64,000 bases of DNA from Octopus vulgaris. Taxonomy: Eukaryota. The translations under genes and the position numbers were made by a program. The stretch spans positions 19,344,001 through 19,408,000 of the forward strand of contig OX597830.1 of the NCBI GenBank assembly GCA_951406725.2, read 5' to 3'. The notes beneath the pieces were generated by a model that searched no databases, was not told the origin of the DNA, and was given only the letters and a program-made list of their open reading frames with translations. Below are positions 54,810 through 64,000 of the stretch, piece by piece. Every line of letters begins with the position of its first letter. The first letter of the stretch is position 1.

Positions 54810-55501
54810 GTGAGTAATTTTGTCCTAATTTCATTCATTATTATGTTTATGTGTGTTTTTTGTGTTTATGTTTTATGTTTGTTCTCTCCCTGTCGTTACT
54901 TGGCAACCAGTATTGTTTTGTTTACATCCTTGTAACTTAGCAATTTGGCAAACAAGAGCAATAGAATAAGTACCAGACTAAAAAAGCAAAAGAAAGTAAG
55001 TTCCCGGGGTCCTTTCGTTTGACTGTACCCTTCGGGGTGGCAGCCTCTCAGTATGGTTGCAGTCCAATCACTGAAACAAGTTAATAGGAAAAGATAAAGA
55101 TGATGTGCCATCAGACAAACATCATCATCATCATCATTGTCGTCACTGCTATTATCATCATCATCATCTTCATCATAACTGCCATCATCAGTATGCTAAC
55201 GTTTCTTATTTCTTTACTGCCCACAAGAAGCTAAACACAGAAGGGACAAACAAGAACAGACAAAGGAATTAAGTAGATTACATTAACACCAGTGTGTAAC
55301 TGGTACTTAATTTATCGACCCCGCAATGATGAAAGGCAAAGTCTACTTTTGCAGAATTTGAACTCAGAATGTAACAGCAGACGAAATACCGCAAAGCACT
55401 TCGCCCGGCATGCTAATGTTTCTGCTAGCTTGCCACCTTAATATTGATAATGATACTAATAACAATTATTATCATTATTATCATCGTTATTGTTGCTGTT
55501 G

Positions 55502-55663
<162 letters not shown>

Positions 55664-56299
55664 GATTGGAGTTTGTTGCTCAGGTGGTCTACATTATTTC
55701 CATTTCTCTCTCCCTCTCTCTCTCTTTATCTTTTTGTGTTTTGCCTAGTCTTCCTACTTCTTCAAGACAAGAGGCTCTGAAGTGATTCTTACTATACCAC
55801 ATGTTTCAACCAGGCATTTGGCCCTGTATTGTCAATCTTAAGCCCCCTGGTACACAGTTCTATTATGGAACTGTAGGATTATGAGTGCTTGGAAACCCAT
55901 TTTAATACCTCCTGACCACATGCAGCCTCTTATTAGGGCTGCTTTCGCTATTAACCCATACTGTGATACAAAAGTAATTACTAGCCATAGATTGGCGTCG
56001 TTTCTGATATCTTTTATTGTCACTCTTGTATTTCTTTGCTCCCATGTATTGGGGGTACAAATGTACAGCCAGATGTGTGTCCCAAACTTTCAGCCTGTGA
56101 TTTGGATGATTCTTTAATTTCAAAAGCATAATAGGATTTAACCCAAAAGAAAGCAAAGAGAAAAAAATGTATACTTGAAAGGCACAGGAGCCTCTATAAT
56201 TAAATAATTTATAAATTAAATAATTTATGTCTATCTCAAAATTAATTATTAATAACTTCCACTTTTTCTATCTTTTCCTTTTTTTCCCCCCCAAAACAG

Positions 56300-56344
56300 G
56301 AATAGCCTCAATTATGCCATAGAGGAACTTAAAAATCCATACAG
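56300..56344 (+). CDS. SLC7A9: SLC7A9-like coding exon 6 (45 nt)
   Basis: ACAG acceptor, (W)NSLNYAIEELKNPY(R), GTTTGT donor; phase 2/2. Confidence 0.92.
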
Positions 56345-56981
56345 GTTTGTACAGGTTGCAAATTTTCTATTTGAGATTTTCTTTATATTTTCTTTATATG
56401 AAATGTTAAGAATATACCAGTTTCTCTCTTTTTTTAATTTTAATTTAAGAATTTTTCAACGGATACTGAAGCTCTTATTCTTTCTAGAATAAGAGTGTCT
56501 GTAAAATAAATATGTGTATACACACATCTGTGCATGTATGTATATATGTGTGTGTGCCTATATATATATATAAGAGCAAAATGCCTCCCACCCCCGTCCA
56601 ATGGATGGTGCTGAGTTGTCAGACATTTAAACCAAATTTTCTCAAAACAACTTGTCTGACCGTCCCATAGGCCTCCCCTTTGAGAAACACTGATTTAACC
56701 TGAATTTGAGACACCAGCAAAAGAAGAAATAAAGATAGACTTTTTTTTCTATTCCAAGTAAAATGATTTTACAAATGCACGTTCCCACGGCTTTATCGAT
56801 CGCATTCTCACCTGGAATCGATTTTTGTAATTTTTTCAATATGACGCTGACTGCTTGTGCCACTACATATACATATATATGTAGTTAATCTAAACATGAG
56901 CAAAGAGAAAACACAACAACGTGAAGATGTGGAATAAGCATAGTGTTTTTGGACGCTGAGGAAAGAAAAGAAAGAAGGAGG

Positions 56982-57016
56982 ATTTAACGTTTCGAGCAGA
57001 GCTCTTCGTCAGAAAT
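56982..57016 (-). ncRNA. Minimal type I hammerhead motif (35 nt)
   Basis: AUUU-CUGACGA-A-GAGC-UCU-GCUC-GAAA-CG-UU-AAAU. Relatives at 22747-22783(+) and 45527-45564(-). Confidence 0.75.
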
Positions 57017-57085
57017 ATAGAAAAAAAGAAAAAGTCCAAAGAAGGGAAGACAGAGAAAGAAAATCGCCAATGATACACATGCGGT

Positions 57086-57120
<35 letters not shown>

Positions 57121-57225
57121 GCTATATGTATGTATGTTATTATAATTATCTTTTTAATAAATAAGTTAACATTTTAATGCTCTAAAGTTGATGGAGAAAC
57201 TATTGTGTTTCTCCATTTTCTTATT

Positions 57226-57303
<78 letters not shown>

Positions 57304-57585
57304 TTATATATATATGATGGGCTGCTTTCATATTCTGTCTATGAAACCCACTCACATGGCTTTGGTCTGGCCGGGGCTATCATATAAAACACTTGCCCAC
57401 TGTGCCACAGAATGGGACTGAACCTGAAACCATTTGGCTGGGAAGCAAACTTCCTGACGAGATAGATGTCACAGAAACAGCTGTAAGATTTTGAATTTCT
57501 TCCTATAATAATATTGTATATGACTTGAGATGTTTGCCTTGCCTTTATGTTAGCTGTCCTGTTTAACAATTAACTTGTTTCAGTC

Positions 57586-57673
<88 letters not shown>

Positions 57674-57796
57674 GAAATGAAGAAAATGCTGACAAAATAA
57701 TTTAAGTAATTTAAGTAATTTAATTAGGTGAAAGTTCTTTTTACCGGTTGCGCATTTTTTTTATATATCACAACTCGTGTTCCACATCTCATTTTT

Positions 57797-57867
<71 letters not shown>

Positions 57868-58044
57868 TTACAAGGGTGTGCTGAAAATTTCTTGGCTTTA
57901 AGGGTATCGCAAAAGGCCTGGCTGGAAGCCCAACTTCCTGAGTTCCTTTACAAGGTTGGAAAAACTGAAGGACTGCTGCAATAAGTGTGTGAATCTGAGA
58001 TGAGAGTGTGTTGAATAAAATCATAATTAACTGATACTCCTTTA

Positions 58045-58945
58045 TTTCAAATGATAATAATGAAATTATTGTATACAGTGCTCAGGTGCACCACAACTTG
58101 TCAAAAGTGTGTATAAAGCATATGCAGTAATGTACAAATGTCTGGAAAGTGAACAGTGTATGAGTCAGATACATGCTTGCGTGTGTATGGAGGGGAGAAA
58201 ATCAGGTGTAGTGTTGATGAATCTCAGGAAGCATGGAAGTTTTGAAGGATGCAGTGCTCCAACAACTAACAACTGATGCTGGCAGTTTGTTCCATACTTC
58301 AGCAACTCTTAGCGTAAAATAAATGTTTCCGAAAGTCATGGGAGCTGTGCTGTCTTTTGACTTTGTAAGCATGTCCATGGGTGTCAGACAGGTGGAGTTT
58401 GAAAAGGTACTCAGAGTTATTGTTTGTAAGATAGTTAACAATTTTATGGGTGTGTGCCAAGTCAGTTGCCACACATCGGAATTTCAATGTATCCATGCCC
58501 AGGGAAGTAAGGCATTCAGAATATGGCAAATGCCTGACGGAGGGTATTCTCTCGGTTGCACGTCACTGAATGGTTTCCAGATGATTAATATCCTGGACAA
58601 GATAAGAGTCCCAGACTGGTGATGCAAATTCCAGGTGAGGCCACACCATAGTTAATTAAAGCCTCAGATAGATAGCTGGAGAGCAGCTCACAAAGGACTT
58701 GGTGAGTGATGCCAAGACACCCTTAGCCTTCTTGGCAATTTTAGCAATGTGTTTTGTCCAACACAAATCGCTGTCGACAACAACACCCAGGTCACGTTCA
58801 CAAGAAGACTTTTTGAGATTAGTGTTGTGGGGGAGTAAGTAGACACTGGGTTTTTCCTCCCAAAATGCATGGTGGTATATTTGTCCACAGCCAGCTTGAG
58901 TTGCCAGTCCATGATCCACTGCTGCATAGTGTCCAGGTCTGATTT
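58045..58945 (-). mobile_element. CR1-clade LINE 3' fragment (same family as 14590-16230)
   Basis: Reverse-complement homology: QQWIMDWQLKLAVDK, CERDLGVVVDS, and a shared 3' UTR. Confidence 0.9.
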
Positions 58946-58980
58946 CAAAGCCAGAAACTTTTCAGTCCCCACCCCTAGTG

Positions 58981-59085
<105 letters not shown>

Positions 59086-59162
59086 ACAAGACATTTCCAT
59101 GCCAAAAAATTGTAAGTTATTCCTCCTTGGTAAAATGTATGTATTCTGATATTTCGTTATAG

Positions 59163-59286
59163 AAATTTACCGCTGGCAATAATAATTGGGATTCCCCTTG
59201 TCACCGTTCTGAATATTCTGACGAATGTCTCATATCTGGCTGTTATGACAAAACGGGAGCTCTTACAGTCAGCTATAGTCGGTGGG
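59163..59286 (+). CDS. SLC7A9: SLC7A9-like coding exon 7
   Basis: TATAG acceptor, (R)[47 protein letters not shown] donor. Confidence 0.93.
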
Positions 59287-61218
59287 GTACGTTGTTCTTT
59301 GTTTTCCTATCAAACTAAATATTGAATGTATTGACATTGAGGATAAATGCATTTACACCATGCATTTTATTTTAAGTTTCTCTGCCTCAACAGTCAAAGA
59401 TGTATGGCACCTTACATACACACACACACATGCACTAACATACCAAGATATATACTCCTGCTTTTATTTTTTCTTTCTTCCGTCTGACTTTCTGAAAAAG
59501 AGTGTAAGCTCAAAATATTAAAGACACTTTACTTTTCTTATCTCTCATTGTGTGCCAAACTAATTATCATTATATTCTGTTTTCACTTTGTCTTGTCATT
59601 ATTCTCATCAATAATATTCAACAGTCCTTTGCTCAGTAAACTTGTGGGGACTGAGGAAGCTGGAAGTAAATGAATGGCTTGTGAAAGCTGTACAAACCAT
59701 GTACAGGGGTATTGACAAGAGGGTGAAAGTTAGCAACAGTGAAAGCACGTGGCATAGTGGTAAGAGTGTTGCATGCATGATTGCCAGATTACAGGTTCAG
59801 TTCCTGGAAGAGGTGACACGTGTTCTTGAGCAAAACACTTCAAGTTTCTCTAGTGCTATGTGGAGACTGGCATGTCAAAAAGTATTTCCATATTCTCATA
59901 TTGACTGGCATGTCAAAGAGCATCTATATTTCCTCTGCATGTCATAAAAGGTGACTAAAAGAGATTGATATAGGATTTGAACATTGGGGTTGATTAATTG
60001 ATTAAGAGGGTAGTGAAATCAGTACTTGATCTATTTGAGGGCTTACTAGAAACTGATGAAGAAATTTAAAGACCTGTACCATGTTAAGCCATTGATTAGC
60101 AATGAAATGTAGATTGGGGAAATGGAGACACATAATATGAAAATAATTTCGAACATCAAAACACAATGAAAAAATGTAATGCAGTGCTTGGCACCTGATA
60201 CACAGATCAGGATGAACAAATTACATAGAACTCTGTTACCTTTGGGGCTCTGTTTTACATGGGTTGCTATTTCAGAGCTGTGAATGTTGGTTTTAATGTT
60301 GGGCAGTTACTTTTTGGAATTGGTGACAGCCATTGATTGTACAGTAGTTAAAAACTGTTATTTAGTAGCTCAATATGATACAATCTAAATAATAGTCTGC
60401 TTTGTTTGTTTGACCTCTAGACTTTAGTTAGTTAGAAAGGTGGAGTAAAAGTGAGAGGGGGCAGGAGAAGAAATGTGAGTAGAGAAGAAAGAAGAGAGGA
60501 GTATAATACACTAAGGTCAAATGCATCACATGGTTAGTTGAAGGGAGAGGTGAAGAGTGAGAGAAAAAGATGAGAGAAAAGTGGGAGAGAGAAGTGGTAA
60601 TGATGTACTGTAGGGTGGGGAAGGAAAGGTGAAGAGAAAGTGAGAAATGTTATGAAGAGGGGAATTACATGGTTAAAAAGTTTGTTGAAGAAGAGAGGAA
60701 TAGAAATTTGAAGTGCTTAGCAGAGGGAAGTTTTAAAATCATAAAATATATTATTGGGACAGGAAGTGAAATAATTTGGTAAAATAAAATAAAAAATCAT
60801 CCTTTCTTTCTTAAATAGCTTCTATTTTTTTTGTTCTGTGGAATTTCCACAGATCCCAATAGTATAATACATAATATAACATTTGATTGAGGAAAGGCGG
60901 TGAGCTGGCAGAAACATTAGCACGCTGGACGAAATGCTTAGTGGTATTTCATCTGTCTTTACGTTCTGAGTTCAAATTGCACCAAGGTCGACTTTGCCTT
61001 CGGTTCTTTTTGAGTCAATAAATTAAGTATCAGTTGCGTACTGGGGTCGATCTCATCCGCTGGCCCCCACCCCAAAAATTTCAAAGAATATTTGATTGAT
61101 GAAACACTTCAAGGTAGTGAGCAGCATGGCCAGAGTCCAATAACTGAAATAACTAAAGAGTGAATGGGTATTTCTGTTCATCTGACCACCTGTCTCCATT
61201 TGTTTACCTCTATTTCCA

Positions 61219-61425
61219 TACAGGGTGGCCCAAAAGTAGGTTTACAGTTATTCAACAATCTCTTTCACAATAATATATTAACAGTTTAGATCTTAATTAA
61301 AAACAAAATATGAACCCATTATTCTTTGCTAATTTAGTTAATTGTAAGATAGAAATTTAAATGTAATAAAATGTTTTAAAAGAAATTTAAAGTGCCTATG
61401 GAATAACAGTAAACCTACACCCTCT
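61219..61425. mobile_element. Tc1/mariner-type MITE
   Basis: TACAGGGTGGCCCAAAAGTAGGTTTACAGTTA...TAACAGTAAACCTACACCCTCTA degenerate TIRs. Confidence 0.55.
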
Positions 61426-61862
61426 ATATCTGTGTTGGTCTGGTTATTTTCATCTATCTCTATCTGTCTGTCTGTCAGTCCACCTGTCTGCCTCTGCCTA
61501 TCTGTCTGTCTCTGTCTATCAGCTTCTCTCTCTGTGTCTGTCTGTCAGTCTCTCTGTCTGTCTCTGTTTATCAGTCACTCTCTCTATCCATCTCTGTCTA
61601 TCTATCAATTTATCCCTGTTCCTCTATCTACTGTTGTCTGTCTTTTTCCGTAATAAATTTTTTAAAATGTACACAGTTACAAAGTTTACATTTATTTACA
61701 TGACGTTCAGGTCTGATAGTTCCTGCACCCCACCACAAGGTTTGGATATGATCTATGTTGTTTTTGTTCTTCTTTTTAATTAATCAGTCAAACACAAAAC
61801 AAAAAACAAACGAAACAAATTCTTCAAGATGCAAATTTCTAAAGAATACTTATTTTTTCCAG

Positions 61863-61966
61863 TTATGGGCTGATCGAGTTCTTGGGGTTGCTGCCATTAT
61901 AATACCAATTTCTGTGGCCATGTCAACGTTTGGGACAGTAAATGGAAATTGTTTCACAGGTGGGCG
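61863..61966 (+). CDS. SLC7A9: SLC7A9-like coding exon 8 (gene continues beyond the window)
   Basis: TTCCAG acceptor, LWADRVLGVAAIIIPISVAMSTFGTVNGNCFTGG(R), GTGAGT donor. Confidence 0.93.
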
Positions 61967-62199
61967 GTGAGTATAAGTTTCCAGCCCATATTTTGTTTCA
62001 TCTCAATAATAGTAACGACGTTGATGACGATGGTTATATTAATGAAGATGGAGGTGGGGATGATGAGAAAGTGACGATGGTGGTGTTGAAGATGATGTCA
62101 ATGATGACGGTAATGGCAGTGAAGTTTATTACATGATTATCAAAATATTTTCCTATTTTCTGCATGTAGGTTCTTGCATTTTATCTGGAGCGATGTAGT

Positions 62200-62470
62200 T
62201 TGTCCACCGATGCGACGAAGACCATCTAGTAATCCTGGGGTGGGGGTGGACTTGTTTTGTGAGTCTACAGATGGCTAGTGAGGCCAATCTGCGTCCGAAA
62301 GAGTCTTTGACAGTGTGGACAGGGAATGGTAGTGTCTGCTACAGGGTTGTTAGCTCTGTTCTCCCTGGCTTGTCTGCGGTCTTCTGCAGCAGTGATCCTA
62401 TTGGTCTTGCATGTGTTGGCACCCTTGTGGACAGCTGATATGGGTCTCAAATGCTGATAGAACGCCAGCA
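62200..62470 (-). mobile_element. RTE-clade 3' end with C2H2 finger
   Basis: CPHCQRLFRTQIGLTSHL. Confidence 0.7.
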
Positions 62471-62750
62471 ATGTTATGTACTGGAGTCAATCTGATCAGT
62501 TATACCTGTTCTCCAAAATGTGAGGCCTTGGGAAACATTATCATATGGGAAGGATCTAGATAGAATATTCCATTTCATATAAATTTGTTTATTATAAAGA
62601 TAGTGAAGAAAGGAAGAGAGGAGAGAAAATTACTTCTGGTTCTGATGTCTTGTTTACATAGGTAGTTCATCATCTCACTTGTTGAAAAGAATATCTAACA
62701 ATTACTCTACATACGTGCGTGTGTGTATATATACGTGCGTGTATGTATAC

Positions 62751-62804
<54 letters not shown>

Positions 62805-63326
62805 GTATATCTGTAAGTTTTATCATCTTATATTATTCTACTGGATTTGGAAAATTGTTGGCAGATTAATTCAGAATTTGATCTTTATAATGCTATTCTC
62901 GTATACTTGTATTTACTGTTATATACATCATTATATTAGAATTAATATTAATTACATATCACAAATAAGATGTTTTCATTATACTATTATACTAAATGAA
63001 TAAATGTATTAATACTTCCATTTCATTTATTAATTAATTGATGATAATTGTAATAACGATAACAATTATAATAGATAATTAGTTTTATTTCACTTAATAA
63101 ATAAATTTAATAACCAAAATATTATAGTATTGTATAGTTTATACGTTATATTATTATTACAACAATATTATTTTGTTAATTCTCAAAGAATTATAAAATT
63201 TGTATATACACTATTTAGAGTCACTTAATTCAAAAATAACAATATTAGTTATTTTTATTGTGAGAAATCCTTAATACTTGTTTTGTTATATTACTTAATT
63301 TACTTATCTACAGAGTTCTCTCTTCC

Positions 63327-63378
<52 letters not shown>

Positions 63379-63381
<3 letters not shown>

Positions 63382-63936
63382 TGGGCTGTCTGGAAAGTTT
63401 GTGCCGATTTTTAAAGGAAAGAAAAAGGTCAATAAATACTTGCCATTACATTTTTAATCAATTAAATACGAACGATTTTGTTACACAATGCATCTCCATC
63501 TTTCCTTTAACTTGAAACTACCCTCTTCCAAGAATTCAGGGGGTTTCATGGCAAAGAATTCATCAAGGTATCTTTTTACGTCATCCAAGGAATTGAAATT
63601 TTTACTATTAAGACTATTCTTCAGAGACCTGAATAAGTGGAAATCTGGAGGAGCAATATCTGGTGAATATGGAAGGTGGGGTAACACATCCCAGCTGAGC
63701 TGCAGCAATTTTTGCCTGGCTCCCAAAGCATCAAGTGCCGAAAATGAACTTCCTTATCTTCCATTTTAAAGGGTTACAGAATTAACACAGGTTATTGGAA
63801 CATAAACCTTCTTCCACGAAAAGATAGCTTAAACTGTGCTTTAAATGGAGGTGTAGTCAAATCCTATTTTATGGACTCAACCATGTTCTAAAATAAGTCG
63901 AAAGGTAAGCTTCTATAAATCGGCACGAACCCAATA
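63379..63936 (-). mobile_element. Internally deleted mariner (DD34D type)
   Basis: WDVLPHLPYSPDIAPPDFHLF; TATTGGG..GTGCCGATTT / AAATCGGCAC..CCCAATA TIRs. A solo end also lies at about 31066-31150. Confidence 0.85.
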
Positions 63937-64000
63937 TATATATAAACGTTTGTGATATTGTATGTTGTTGTTACTGTATTTACTGTTACAATAAATATCT

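Noticed and set aside
57451-57490. CUGACGA...GAAA-CAGCUG-UA hammerhead-like string
   Set aside because: Helices I and II do not pair convincingly; probably a SINE/PLE junction. The motif at 30700-30755 is similarly weak.
62000-64000. Next SLC7 exon (expected L..V.AREGH-like)
   Set aside because: No matching phase-2 exon found; it presumably lies beyond the window.

Overview
AT-rich, repeat-dense animal genomic DNA. The SINE, RTE and microsatellite content looks like a coleoid cephalopod (Octopus); this is an inference from repeat families. One host gene is supported. It is a + strand SLC7 heteromeric amino-acid transporter light chain, closest to b(0,+)AT/SLC7A9. Eight coding exons (28411-61966, 923 nt, about 307 aa, all GT-AG with consistent phases) can be assembled by eye, and the 3' exons lie beyond the window. 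The rest is mostly decayed mobile DNA: tRNA-derived SINEs; RTE, CR1-group, Tx1/L1 and R4/Dong non-LTR elements; Tc1/mariner and pogo remnants; piggyBac-type and hAT-type MITEs; and many Penelope-like element (PLE) remnants sitting in (TA)n tracts. The main signal missed by the ORF track is about 20 minimal type I hammerhead ribozyme (HHR) motifs from several unrelated PLE terminal-repeat families. Some have intact catalytic cores. Several lie in long inverted repeats inside the transporter introns, and one has a G3:C8 swap of the conserved C3:G8 pair inside a 136-bp near-perfect palindrome. Other notable items are a CR1-group LINE ORF1 with a Myb/SANT-like domain plus a CCCH finger, Tx1 and Dong-like elements inserted in microsatellites, and a DD36E Tc1 remnant. 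All motifs were found by manual reading; no searches or folding were run.
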